A stretch of DNA of 64,000 nt from the NCBI GenBank assembly GCA_038747545.1, contig JBCDJT010000004.1, positions 810 to 64,809 of the forward strand. Reading direction: 5' to 3'. The number at the start of each line of letters is the position of its first letter. Position 1 is the stretch's first letter. The notes under the pieces were generated by a model. The model was not told the DNA's origin. It ran no database searches and saw only the letters and a program-made list of their open reading frames with translations. A program made the position numbers and the translations under genes. This document shows positions 32,469 through 44,661 of this stretch, piece by piece. This DNA comes from Bacteroidota bacterium (lineage in GTDB: Bacteria; Bacteroidota; Rhodothermia; Rhodothermales; JBCCMF01).

Positions 32469-32704
32469 TTCTTCGACCGGAACCGCCCCACGCCAAAGTT
32501 GCGCTTCTGTAGATGCTTGGTCGTGCGCCCCTCCATCCGCTTGCGCCACATGCGGAAGCTGGACGGCTTCATGTGGGCGCGCATGAGCTTGATGACGTCG
32601 TCCTCGGTCAAGCCAAACTGGTAGGTGATGGCTTCAAACGGCGTGCGGTCTTCCCACGCCATCTGGATGATGCGGTCGATGTCGCGGTCGTTGAACTCGG
32701 GCAT
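32459..32704 (-). CDS. TIGR03643/DUF2805-family small protein
   Basis: 81 aa, MPEFNDRDIDRIIQMAWEDRTPFEAITYQFGLTEDDVIKLMRAHMKPSSFRMWRKR. Convergent 10-nt overlap with the sulfatase end. Confidence 0.75.
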   Translation of the reverse strand: MPEFNDRDIDRIIQMAWEDRTPFEAITYQFGLTEDDVIKLMRAHMKPSSFRMWRKRMEGRTTKHLQKRNFGVGRFRSKNQR

Positions 32705-32783
32705 GGTATCGTGTTTATGAGTCGTAATCGACGCAATACGCGCGAGGTTGCACGGCCACGGGACTTGTTGCGAGTTCGTTAGC

Positions 32784-35324
<2,541 letters not shown>

Positions 35325-35446
35325 AAGCGTACGGCGTGGTTGGTTCGGAGTACGGCATGCGCTAGGCACACCGTTTACCTGTAAGGCATGAAACGACAGC
35401 CAAAGTGATCATGCAACGGTGCTCCGCCCCGTGAGCGGAGGCAGCG

Positions 35447-36025
35447 TCAGGCATCAGCTTCGGGCCGATCCTTCAGCAGCTGCCCCAGCCACGCCCGCGC
35501 CATGCGCCAGTCGCGCCGCACGGTGGGCACCGAGACGCCCAGCACCTCGGCGACTTCCTCGTGCGTGAGCCCGCCGAAGAAGCGGTACGTGACGACCTTG
35601 CTCTGCCGCTCGTTCCAGGCGGCCAGCCGCTCCAACGCCTCGTCTAGCGCGATCAGGTCGTCGTCGCGAAGGTGCCCAACGACCTGGTCGTCTTGAAACG
35701 TGACCGCGACCTGCCCGCCGCCGCGTTTAAGGGCGCGGCGCTTGTGCGCGTGGTTGACCAGGATGCGGCGCATCGAGATGGCGGCCATGCTGAAGAAGTG
35801 GGCGCGGTTCTGCCAGCTGATCTGTTCCAGCCCGATGAGCTTGAGGTAGGCCTCGTGGACGAGGCCGGTGGTGTTGAGCGTGTGCCCGGCCCGCTCGCCC
35901 TGCAGCTGCCGATGGGCGAGCTGCTGCAAGGCCTCGTACACCTGCGGCAGCAGCGCGTCCACGGCGGCGCGGTTGCCGTCCTTCATGTCCTGAAGCAGTT
36001 GCGTGACGTCGTGGGGGGAGTCCAT
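35447..36025 (-). CDS. ECF sigma factor (kinase-associated type), copy 2
   Basis: Reads MDSPHDVTQLLQDMKDGNRAAVDALLPQVYEALQQLAHRQLQGERAGHTLNTTGLVHEAYLKL...YRFFGGLTHEEVAEVLGVSVPTVRR. Lies 122 nt upstream of its kinase. Confidence 0.88.
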   Translation of the reverse strand: MDSPHDVTQLLQDMKDGNRAAVDALLPQVYEALQQLAHRQLQGERAGHTLNTTGLVHEAYLKLIGLEQISWQNRAHFFSMAAISMRRILVNHAHKRRALKRGGGQVAVTFQDDQVVGHLRDDDLIALDEALERLAAWNERQSKVVTYRFFGGLTHEEVAEVLGVSVPTVRRDWRMARAWLGQLLKDRPEADA

Positions 36026-36211
36026 CGGCAGCGAAGCACGTGGGGGTACGGAGCTAATAACGTCGGTTTTCGGCGTTTTCGAGAACAGTGTACACTTTTC
36101 TTCGGCCCCCGTTATCACTTTGGCCTGTGATTCCAGCCTTACGGGATGAGCGCAACCCCTTCACCCTGCGTCTTTCGCGTCCTCGATCACTTGATTTGAC
36201 TGGCTAGACCC

Positions 36212-37084
36212 ATGCTTGCTTTCGCCACACCGCTTCTCCGCCGTCCCTTCGCCTCCCGCTTCACCTGGTTGTGCGGCATACTCCTCCTCGTCTCCGCGTG
36301 CGACACCTTCAACAGCGACGCCGAATCCGAGGCGCCACTCCTCGCCAGCGCCTCGGCAATCAATAATGGCCTCGTCATCTCCGCCACCTTCGACCGCCCC
36401 ATCGATCCGGCCTCCCTGTCTGCCAGCGACTTCCAGGTGATCTCGGCGCTCGACAACGGACGGACCGGGCGGAGCACGCCCGTCTCGCTCACCTACATCG
36501 ACGGGCCCACGCCACGCGTCGACTTGGTCATGCGGAGCCCGGGCATCGGCAACGGTACCCACACGCTCCAGGCCGAGAACGTGACCGCGCCCAACAGTGC
36601 GGACGTCGCGTCGTCCACGACCACGTTCGACTACCGCTTCGTGGTCCAGACGCCCCGCTCGTTCATCGTGAGCGCGATTGTCGTCACCAACTTCCCCATG
36701 ACCAAGTCCAACGGTTCCACCTGGGACTGGGACCCCTTCGCCTCTACCCCACGCCGCCCCGACATCTACGTGCAGTTCCAGCGGTCAGCGGGCGGCGGCT
36801 TGCCGCTCTACATCTCCAACACGCGGAGCAACGTGACCAACGGACGCTACGACTTCACGCGGCCTGCCTCCCCGAACGACCCCAGCATCCCCTTCACCGC
36901 CGCCTACAGCACCGACTATCTGCTGAGTCTGGTGGATGACGACTTTGGGGGCAACGAGACGATGGTGCAGGCGCAGTTCACGTTCTCCAGCAAATACAAG
37001 CGCGACAACGCCACGACCGATGTGATCACCGTGAGCGGCAATCGGGGTTTCTCCGCAGAAATTCGCGGCACGTGGGTCTACTGA
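36212..37084 (+). CDS. Hypothetical lipoprotein (N-terminal Ig-like region)
   Basis: Lipobox in MLAFATPLLRRPFASRFTWLCGILLLVSAC. Contains LVISATFDRPIDPASLSASDFQV. Divergent from ECF sigma copy 2. Confidence 0.6.
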   Translation: MLAFATPLLRRPFASRFTWLCGILLLVSACDTFNSDAESEAPLLASASAINNGLVISATFDRPIDPASLSASDFQVISALDNGRTGRSTPVSLTYIDGPTPRVDLVMRSPGIGNGTHTLQAENVTAPNSADVASSTTTFDYRFVVQTPRSFIVSAIVVTNFPMTKSNGSTWDWDPFASTPRRPDIYVQFQRSAGGGLPLYISNTRSNVTNGRYDFTRPASPNDPSIPFTAAYSTDYLLSLVDDDFGGNETMVQAQFTFSSKYKRDNATTDVITVSGNRGFSAEIRGTWVY

Positions 37085-37099
37085 TCGTCTTCGGCGGCG

Positions 37100-40000
37100 T
37101 CACTTGAGCAGCACCATCCGCCCCGTCCGCACGGTGTTGGCGGCCTCCAACCGATACAGGTAGGTGCCGCTGGAGAGACGGCTGGCATCGAAGGTCACCG
37201 TGTGCCGACCGGCCGCGCGCGGACCATCCGCCAATACCTGCACCTCGCGGCCCATCAGATCGAACACGACGAGGCGCACCAGCCCCGCTTCAGGCAGCGC
37301 GTAGCCGATGGTGGTAACGGGGTTGAACGGATTCGGGTAGTTGGGCTGCAGCTCGACGGTCCGGGGCAGGGTGATCTCTTCGCGCGGATCGACCGCGACC
37401 ACGAGGGGGCGCGAGGCAAACGTGAAGGGGGCTGACCACGCGCCTCCCTCGCCCTGTGCCGCCACGCCGCGCACCCGCCAGTAATGCACCTGCTGGCTCA
37501 CCGCCAGGCTGTCGAGCGCGTAGCGTGTGCAGGTCAGTCCCTCGACGGCCCGGTGGATGTCGCCAAACCCGCGGTCCAGCGCGATCTCCAGGTCGTAGCT
37601 CGCCGCCTCGGGTAGCGCCCCCCATGTCAGCTCTACGCCGGGCCGGACCGACTGGGCACCGTCAGCGGGGAAGCTCAGGCCGGGCGGTGGCAACGGCGGC
37701 GGACCGCCCTCGCCAAAGCTGAACAAGCCCTGCGGCGTCACCTCGTCGGCGCAGGCGTAGAGGCGGCCTTCGCGCGTTTCGAGGCGGGTGTCGTGGGGCA
37801 CCCACAGCATACCCGTGGCCACGTGCTGCCGCACGATGACGACCTCGTCCGGTGCGTTCAGCCCTTCGGTGGTCAGGCAGAGCGTGGCTTGGGTTTGCCC
37901 ACTCACGTCGGGCAGGCCGAGGCGCCAGGCGCGAAGCACGGGCGTGGTGGGCTGCACCGCCTCGCCCGACGCGTTGAGCGCCACCTCGCCGGAGACCGTG
38001 CCCAGCGGCGGCGGCGCGTCGTAGGACGTCACGAACAGCGAGTCGGCATTGTGCTTGCCGAACCCTGGTAACTCGGCAAACACCTCGTCATCGAGTTGGT
38101 CGAACGGGACGCTGCGCGACTCCGCACGGTCGATGGTGCTGAAGCAGGCGCTGAACGGCCCGGTGCGTCCGGCCACGTCATCGGTGGCCGTCGCGGTGAG
38201 GCCCGTGTTGTTGCCCGGCGTGACGCTGAGGCGGAAGCGCCCCAGCCCCAGCCCGTTGGTTTGCATCGTGGTTGTTGCGAGGAGCGTTTCGCCTTCGGCC
38301 ACGCCTCGGCATGCGAGCGTGCCAAAGACCTGAACGTGGATGGTCTGGTTGGGCGGCCCCAGCACGGCGCCATCCAGCACCTGCGTGGTGTTCAGCACCG
38401 TGCTCACCTCGGTGTAGCCCAGCAGATCCACCATCGGGCGGCGCACCTCGATGGCGCTGGTCGAGAACGTGACGGGGTTGGTGGGCAGAATCCCGACGCG
38501 CTCTACACCCAGAATGTTGTTGCCCAAGATCACGGTGCCGCGCTCGCCGTCAACCTCCGCCCCATCGCCGACCACCACGACCCCAGTCCGGTAGTTGCGG
38601 ATTCGGTTGCTTCCCGTTGCGCCGTCGCCCAGCGTCCCTCCGATGCGCGTGTCCACTGCAGCGTGAATACTCACCGCCCGCTCTCCTCCGGGCGCCCCGA
38701 TGGAGGAGGCCTCGCCGAAGACGTTGCCGGTGATCACCGTGCCTTGTACCGGAAGCAGCTCGTCGCGTGGAGGATAGCTGCCGGGCCCTTCGAGCCGTAT
38801 GCCCATGTCATTGCGAGCCAGCTGGTTACCCAGTCCTTCTTCGGTGCCGCCGATGCGCGTGTTCGTGGCCCCAGGCCGCAAGACGATCCCGAACCGGTTT
38901 TGCTGCGCGCTCGGGAGGTCAATGAGTTCATTTCGACCGTCGCCGAAGACGTTGCCCTCAATCACGGTCTCCAACGTTGGCGCATCGCCGCCGCCGACGC
39001 GGATGCCAGTCTGCAAGCCGTAGAAGCTGTTGGGCAACCCGTTGGCGCCCCCACTAGACACACGCACGCGCTCCGTTCCGATAGCCACTACGCCGACGCC
39101 GTTCTTGTCGAACTGGTCAAACTCGTTGCGGCCTAGCCAGAGCGAGCGGCTGAGGAAGGTCGTGCCCGTGATGGTGGCCTCTTGGACATCGAACAGGCGG
39201 ATGCCCACCTTCTGGGTGGCTCCGAAGAACGCACCAGGCTCGCGGCACGCGCTGACCGTCATATCTGGCCCGATCACGACATCGGACAGGCGGTACAGGT
39301 CGATGCCCGCGTCGCGGCAGTTAGCCAGGGGAAAGCGGTCCCCCTCGTCCCGGAAGACGGCAGGGATGAGGACGTTGCGCACGCGAAGCGTAGACACCCG
39401 CGTCTCGGTGCGCGAATCGGTGAAGCTGAGGGTGCTTCGGGTGGGTGTCACCAGCACCGCTGACGGTATGCGGCCGTCGGCTTCGATGCCGCTTCCCGTG
39501 GCGTTCCCAAGCACCACCGCCGTGCTACCCGTCGCGCCGATCTGTGTGGACGCCGCGCCATAGACGACGATGTTGTCGATGCTGGCCCCTACATCAGGCG
39601 GGATAGCTACTGCGTCGAGCGACGTGCCGCGTATGAGCGTCACCGCCGGATCGATGCCGAAGAGCGTGGAGAGCACGCGGTTGCCCGTAGCCGGCAGGCC
39701 CTCGGCTCCGGCAATAGCCACGTCGGCGAAATAGCCGCCGATGATGTTGGAAAAGCCGGCTTCGCTGGACGTGGCGCGGCCCACGCTGTTGAACGAGGCG
39801 GCGCCCATAATCGCTACGCCTATCCGCGACGTGGAGCCCCTGGGCGGGCTCAGGCGACGGCTGAGATCGGTGCCCAGCGCGTTCCGATGCAGCACGTTGC
39901 CGTCGGCGGGCGCCTCGGCGTCTTCGGAGACGATGAGGATCTCGCCCTCGCGGTTGCCGCGGATGAACTGGTCCACAGGGCGGTTGGAGTTGGCGGGCTG

Positions 40001-42742
40001 GCCGACGGTGGTGTTGGAGGCCGACTCGATGAGGATGCCCCAGCGGTTGCCCGTTGTGCCCAACTCGTCGAAGGCACCGATGACGTTCTCGGAGAGCGTG
40101 TTGCCCGCCGCCGCGGCGCCCTTGACGTGGATGCCGATGCCCGTGTTACCCGCCACGGTGCTCGTGGTGACCGTGTGGTCGGGGCCTTCGATCAAGATAC
40201 CCGTCTGGTTGGCCGTTGCGTCGGCGCCGGGCAGGACGCCCACCACCGCGCACCGCACCGTAGCTTCGCGCGCACCAGCGGCGAGGTGGATGCCGGCCAC
40301 CGTGTTGCCCGCGATCAGGTTGGACAAGCATACCGCTTCGTCGTCCGGCCGGGGGACGGTGCCGATCTTGGCGTTGGCGCCCTCCGCCACGCGGATGCCT
40401 ACGCTGTTGTTCACCGCGCGCATGGAGTCGACTTGCGCATCGGCAGTGATCTGGAGGGCGGGGCCGTTGAAGTCGCGCAGCGTCAGCCCGCTCACCGAGA
40501 TGGGCGAGCCCGCCAACTGCAGCCCTGGCACCGTGCTGGTTGAGCCTTCGCCGCTGACCACGATGACAGGTCCGGCGGCAGGGCTGACGTAGCCGGGCTG
40601 GCTCGTTCCCTGGATCACGACGGGCCGCTCGATGGGCGGCAGGGGTGCCGGTCTGATCGTACAGACACCGTCGGAGCAGCCGCTGTCGTCAGCCGGGATG
40701 TCGAAGGTGATGAACCACGGATCGGTGCCGTCCTGGCCGTTGACGGCCTCGATGGCGGCGCGGAGCGTACACTGCTCGCCGTCCTCGGCGCGATCCACGT
40801 CGCAGACGTCCTCCGCGGCGCTGTCCGGGTGGTTGGCCTCATCGCCCGTCGAGTTGACGACGAGGATTTTGGGCAGGATGTCGAGGCGGGCGCACCCGAT
40901 GCTGGCGTCGTCACGCGCACCGCCCACGCCCGGCGGCGGCGCGGCTTGGTCCAGACTACAGTTCGACACCAGCTCCTCGATCCGCTGCCGCGTGCTGTCC
41001 TCCATGACCGCCTCGGCCTCCACCCGAGGCACGAACACGCGAACGTTCGACTCGACGCTGACCGCCTCGTGGATGAACAGCAGTTCCCCCGTAGAGTCGG
41101 GCTCCAATCGGTCGATGATGAGGTTTTCCCCGCGCGCGAAGCGCAGCGACCCCAGCTCGCTCAGGATGTCGATGCCGTCCTCGTTGCGCGGCACACGGAT
41201 GTTGACCAGCGGCAACGCGCCCGTGTTGAATACCTTCAACCGCACCCGCAACGAGTCGCCTATGGTGACGCGCAGCGTGTCGTCATCGGTGCTTGTGCCC
41301 CGTGTATCGCGCCGCTTCCCTGCTGCCTCCGGCACCACCAGCTCCAGGTCCAGCTCGTAACGCATCGCCGCCTCAGACGCCGCCAGGTTGGCGCGCCAGC
41401 CCTGGAGCTGTCCGCTCGGATTGATGGCGTTGCCCACGATCACGGTGCCGTCGTCACTCACGGCGGTAGCCTCGATGAGCCGCCAGCCCGTGAGGTCCAG
41501 GCCGAAGTCGTCGATCAGGACATCCTGCACGGCCCGCGAGCCCTGCTCGGGCGTCCAGATCGTCGCGACACGCATCCCCCTGAACGTACCCGAGACGTTG
41601 CCGTTGCTCGCTTGCTGGTTTCCGAAGATCTCGTAGCCTACAATCACGGTGCCGTCCGCGTTGGTGGCCATCGGGGTGGCACGGCCTTCGGTGAAGCCGT
41701 AGTCACGGGCAGGCGTGATGCGGGGCAGGATGGTCGTGGCTCCGTTCGCATACCGAGCGACGCGCTCGTCTAGGTCGAACTCTTGCTTGTAGTCTTGGCC
41801 AATCACCACCGACCCGTCGGCACTCACGGCAACCACCTGGAACGTCACATTCGGGATGGGAATGGCTTCCTGTGCGCCGTTTACGACACGCACGGGGGTG
41901 AAGCTCGTGGTGAGGCCGGCCACGCCCGCTACGACGCTTCCGTCATCGGACGCGTCAACGATGCGTAGGTCCTCGATGAACACCTTGTGGTGATTCTGGA
42001 ACTGACCGAAGCCCGGGAAGCCGTCGGCGTCTGAGAACGCAGGCCAGGAGCTGGGGTTGGTGCCCATGAGCGCCCCATCCACCCACCGGATGGGGTCGTA
42101 GATGTCACCCGTCTTGCCAGTGAACGCACTGCCGTAGAGGGCGAGCAGCTCGCCCTGGACAGTACGACCATCGGCCGAAATCGACAAGCCGCCGCCCACG
42201 ATCTCCCTGGGCTTCACGGCGCCAGCAGCGGCGCTCACCTCCGGCAGGGATAGCATCGTCCACTCGCCTCCGTTGAAGCTGTCCGTCGGGTCGATCGAAA
42301 AGATCGCCGGCTCCGGGTTCCTGATGAAGCTGCCATTGGTCCCATTGAAGCTCCTGCGGCAAGCCGAGCCGAACGCCTGAAACGGCGGGCTCTCGGACCG
42401 GCACTGGCGCGTCAGAATGTGGCGCCCGTCGGCAGACACCTCGATGGGGAAGACGCTGGAGATGAACCGCCGGATGGGTGTGACTGTGCCCGCGGCATCC
42501 GTCCAGTAGATCTCGTGGTTGTTGCTGCCCGTGGTGCGCAGCATCCCGCTCACCACGCTCCCGTCTGCCGACACAGCCTCGGCGCTAGACAAGTCGTAGG
42601 CGCCACTTGCGAGGTCACCCAAGGTCTCGAACGACTGAGCATACCCCGAGGGCACGAGCACCGCTGCAAGTAGACTGGCCAGGACGGGCCACGCATAGAC
42701 CAGCTTCGGCGACACGGCGGATAGGCGAGCGGCTTTGGACAT
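37100..42742 (-). CDS. 1880-aa T9SS-sorted surface protein: N-terminal HAF-like repeats, parallel beta-helix repeats, Fn3-like region, C-terminal sorting domain
   Basis: Signal peptide present. Recurrent ADGSVV(S/I)G / DDGTVIVGN-type repeats. CTLRAAIEAVN motif, then long GN..GI..-type beta-helix repeats. C-terminus is NYPNPFNPVTTIGYALP...YLYRLEAANTVRTGRMVLLK. Confidence 0.85.
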   Translation of the reverse strand: MSKAARLSAVSPKLVYAWPVLASLLAAVLVPSGYAQSFETLGDLASGAYDLSSAEAVSADGSVVSGMLRTTGSNNHEIYWTDAAGTVTPIRRFISSVFPIEVSADGRHILTRQCRSESPPFQAFGSACRRSFNGTNGSFIRNPEPAIFSIDPTDSFNGGEWTMLSLPEVSAAAGAVKPREIVGGGLSISADGRTVQGELLALYGSAFTGKTGDIYDPIRWVDGALMGTNPSSWPAFSDADGFPGFGQFQNHHKVFIEDLRIVDASDDGSVVAGVAGLTTSFTPVRVVNGAQEAIPIPNVTFQVVAVSADGSVVIGQDYKQEFDLDERVARYANGATTILPRITPARDYGFTEGRATPMATNADGTVIVGYEIFGNQQASNGNVSGTFRGMRVATIWTPEQGSRAVQDVLIDDFGLDLTGWRLIEATAVSDDGTVIVGNAINPSGQLQGWRANLAASEAAMRYELDLELVVPEAAGKRRDTRGTSTDDDTLRVTIGDSLRVRLKVFNTGALPLVNIRVPRNEDGIDILSELGSLRFARGENLIIDRLEPDSTGELLFIHEAVSVESNVRVFVPRVEAEAVMEDSTRQRIEELVSNCSLDQAAPPPGVGGARDDASIGCARLDILPKILVVNSTGDEANHPDSAAEDVCDVDRAEDGEQCTLRAAIEAVNGQDGTDPWFITFDIPADDSGCSDGVCTIRPAPLPPIERPVVIQGTSQPGYVSPAAGPVIVVSGEGSTSTVPGLQLAGSPISVSGLTLRDFNGPALQITADAQVDSMRAVNNSVGIRVAEGANAKIGTVPRPDDEAVCLSNLIAGNTVAGIHLAAGAREATVRCAVVGVLPGADATANQTGILIEGPDHTVTTSTVAGNTGIGIHVKGAAAAGNTLSENVIGAFDELGTTGNRWGILIESASNTTVGQPANSNRPVDQFIRGNREGEILIVSEDAEAPADGNVLHRNALGTDLSRRLSPPRGSTSRIGVAIMGAASFNSVGRATSSEAGFSNIIGGYFADVAIAGAEGLPATGNRVLSTLFGIDPAVTLIRGTSLDAVAIPPDVGASIDNIVVYGAASTQIGATGSTAVVLGNATGSGIEADGRIPSAVLVTPTRSTLSFTDSRTETRVSTLRVRNVLIPAVFRDEGDRFPLANCRDAGIDLYRLSDVVIGPDMTVSACREPGAFFGATQKVGIRLFDVQEATITGTTFLSRSLWLGRNEFDQFDKNGVGVVAIGTERVRVSSGGANGLPNSFYGLQTGIRVGGGDAPTLETVIEGNVFGDGRNELIDLPSAQQNRFGIVLRPGATNTRIGGTEEGLGNQLARNDMGIRLEGPGSYPPRDELLPVQGTVITGNVFGEASSIGAPGGERAVSIHAAVDTRIGGTLGDGATGSNRIRNYRTGVVVVGDGAEVDGERGTVILGNNILGVERVGILPTNPVTFSTSAIEVRRPMVDLLGYTEVSTVLNTTQVLDGAVLGPPNQTIHVQVFGTLACRGVAEGETLLATTTMQTNGLGLGRFRLSVTPGNNTGLTATATDDVAGRTGPFSACFSTIDRAESRSVPFDQLDDEVFAELPGFGKHNADSLFVTSYDAPPPLGTVSGEVALNASGEAVQPTTPVLRAWRLGLPDVSGQTQATLCLTTEGLNAPDEVVIVRQHVATGMLWVPHDTRLETREGRLYACADEVTPQGLFSFGEGGPPPLPPPGLSFPADGAQSVRPGVELTWGALPEAASYDLEIALDRGFGDIHRAVEGLTCTRYALDSLAVSQQVHYWRVRGVAAQGEGGAWSAPFTFASRPLVVAVDPREEITLPRTVELQPNYPNPFNPVTTIGYALPEAGLVRLVVFDLMGREVQVLADGPRAAGRHTVTFDASRLSSGTYLYRLEAANTVRTGRMVLLK

Positions 42743-42856
42743 GCTTTTCTGCTCCAGGGCGAGGCAAGTTGGACACGCATGCTATGGTATACGAGAGAAT
42801 ATAGCCTATGCACAAACGCTCAGGGCAGAACTGCACGCGTTTTGCTCCTCACCTCG

Positions 42857-42925
42857 TCAGCGCACCGTCTGCGCCACCGCGCCCGTCCCGGGGTGCTGCA
42901 GGATATGCGTAAAGCTGCCTTGGGG
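42857..42925 (-). pseudogene. Displaced 3'-terminal fragment of the Gfo/Idh/MocA gene, copy 1 (oldest, ~69 nt)
   Basis: Translates to GSFTHILQHPGTGAVAQTVR* versus [20 protein letters not shown] in the live gene. Starts at the stop codon TCAGC. Confidence 0.6.
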
Positions 42926-42939
42926 CCCTCGCACGCGTG

Positions 42940-43374
42940 TCAACCTGCAGGCAACCACGGGTTGACAAGCGAAATGCCGCAGCCCTCGAAGTCGGATGTG
43001 TTGCGCGTGGCAAGCACTGCCTGGGCTGTTGTGGCGATAGCAGCGATCATCATATCGACGGTGTCCGCGTGGAGCCCCTGTGACTCGCGCTTCGCCGAGA
43101 CCGGGCCACACGCATAGGCCGCTGCCTTGTCGAAAACGAGCAGACGCTCCGCGAAGGCCTCGTCGATGAAGGCCGAGAACCGCTCCTCCAACCCGCGCCG
43201 CCGCTTACCATCCGGCAGACGCATGAGGCCACGTTGGATCTCGGCAACAGTGATGCCGGTCGTCGCCAGTTCCAGTAGGTCTTGGGCTTCGAGCCACGCC
43301 GCGACACCTTTATTTGGCTTGGGCCGCATGAGTTCGGAGATGACGTTGGTATCCAGAATGATCATGTCAGCCAA
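42940..43374 (-). CDS. vapC: PIN-domain toxin VapC (FitB-like)
   Basis: Reads MADMIILDTNVISELMRPKPNKGVAAWL...HADTVDMMIAAIATTAQAVLATRNTSDFEGCGISLVNPW. Confidence 0.9.
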   Translation of the reverse strand: MADMIILDTNVISELMRPKPNKGVAAWLEAQDLLELATTGITVAEIQRGLMRLPDGKRRRGLEERFSAFIDEAFAERLLVFDKAAAYACGPVSAKRESQGLHADTVDMMIAAIATTAQAVLATRNTSDFEGCGISLVNPWLPAG

Positions 43375-43612
43375 AGTCGGCAGGATCGCGACGACTCGAC
43401 CGCTCAGGCAGGTCTAACTCCACGCCACCGTATGATCCGAAGTGTTTCTTCGCCAAGTCGAGAATGGGTACGGGCTCACTACCGTCGCCTACCGCTGCCT
43501 TCTGCAGCGCACGCCGCGCATAGGCCTCTAGCGACATGCCTGCCTGAGCAGCGCGTACACGCAAGGCCTCCTTAGTATGGGCAGAAAGCCCGCGAACGTT
43601 GATGTTGGGCAT
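43367..43612 (-). CDS. vapB: VapB/FitA-like antitoxin (ribbon-helix-helix type)
   Basis: Reads MPNINVRGLSAHTKEALRVRAAQAGMSLEAYARRALQKAA. Overlaps vapC by 8 nt. Confidence 0.85.
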   Translation of the reverse strand: MPNINVRGLSAHTKEALRVRAAQAGMSLEAYARRALQKAAVGDGSEPVPILDLAKKHFGSYGGVELDLPERSSRRDPADFG

Positions 43613-43696
43613 GAAATGGGGCCTGACGTGCGTCCAATGGATACAATTATTCCAACAGGCTCAAAGCATCTTGGATCCAAACCAGATCTGCCCCCG

Positions 43697-43859
43697 TCAG
43701 CTCATCGTCAGCGACACGGCGCCCGTCTCGGGGTCTTGCAGGATGCGCTTGAAGCTGCCGTCGGGCATGAGTTTATTTGATGACTACCTTGCCGTCGTGC
43801 ATCTCCTTCGTCACGGTGGTGCCGCCGCGCCAGTCGTCGATCTCCGCCAGCGCGACTTG
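43697..43859 (-). pseudogene. Displaced 3'-terminal fragment of the Gfo/Idh/MocA gene, copy 2 (frameshifted)
   Basis: Aligns to the live gene end. A 2-nt deletion turns ...VIKEELMPD into VIK-TAA. Two further internal deletions are present. Abuts the hicB stop. Confidence 0.85.
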
Positions 43860-44078
43860 TCATGCAGCGCGGCGCACCTCGACGTACCCCACCTGAGACT
43901 GAGGCGCTGGTATTGCCTCTCCTTCCTCGGCGAGCCCGTCTAGGTGAAACTCTATCGCCTCGACGATTAGACGACGCACCTCTTGCTCGCTCTCACCGAC
44001 AGCGACACAGCCAGGCAAGTCAGGCACGTAAGCTCCGAAGCTGGTCGGACCTGGTTCGATAATCACCGCATATCGCAT
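43860..44078 (-). CDS. hicB: HicB-family antitoxin
   Basis: Reads MRYAVIIEPGPTSFGAYVPDLPGCVAVGESEQEVRRLIVEAIEFHLDGL. Confidence 0.88.
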   Translation of the reverse strand: MRYAVIIEPGPTSFGAYVPDLPGCVAVGESEQEVRRLIVEAIEFHLDGLAEEGEAIPAPQSQVGYVEVRRAA

Positions 44079-44087
44079 GGGCTTCCT

Positions 44088-44276
44088 CTACTCGTTTAGT
44101 CCAGCCTGTTTGAAAATGCTCTTGAGTGTACCGGTAGGAATATCGAGGCTCGGCTTGCCAGCCACAGTTACTGTACCCGGCTTGGTAGGGTGCTTGAATT
44201 GGCGATGGCTGCCTCGGGTTCTCGCCAGATACCAGCCCTCGCGCGTGAGTACCTTGATAACCTCTCGAACCTTCAT
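44088..44276 (-). CDS. hicA: HicA mRNA-interferase toxin
   Basis: Reads MKVREVIKVLTREGWYLARTRGSHRQFKHPTKPGTVTVAGKPSLDIPTGTLKSIFKQAGL. Confidence 0.9.
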   Translation of the reverse strand: MKVREVIKVLTREGWYLARTRGSHRQFKHPTKPGTVTVAGKPSLDIPTGTLKSIFKQAGLNE

Positions 44277-44356
44277 GGCGGCAAGATACCACCCATGGCT
44301 CAGTTATGCTGCGCAGCTTTGCGCCGCTTGGTCTCTCGCAACAGGATGAATGTTCG

Positions 44357-44609
44357 TCAGCTCACTGTCTGCGACACGGCGCCTGTTTCGGGGTCTTGCA
44401 GAATGCGTTTGAAGCTGCCGTCGGGCATCAGCTCTTCTTTGATGACCACCTTGCCGTCGTGCATCTCCTTGGGCACCTCGATCCGCTCGGTGGTGCCGCC
44501 ACGCCGGTCGTCGATCTCCACGGGCTCCCACTTGCGCGACTTGGCCGAGCGGTAGCAGGCGTTGACGATGTAGCCATCGTGGAAGGTTTCCATCGGCTCT
44601 TTACTGTCG
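44357..44609 (-). pseudogene. Displaced 3'-terminal fragment of the Gfo/Idh/MocA gene, copy 3
   Basis: Hand alignment shows 19 substitutions (3 non-synonymous: Y>H, W>R, A>E) plus an in-frame 12-nt deletion (IIDA) relative to 48921..49190. Still an open frame (track ORF 44357..44680). Confidence 0.9.
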
Positions 44610-44661
44610 TACAAGCCCTCAGCAAAACGGGACAAAGAAATGCCGAAAATGAGCGATGGTT

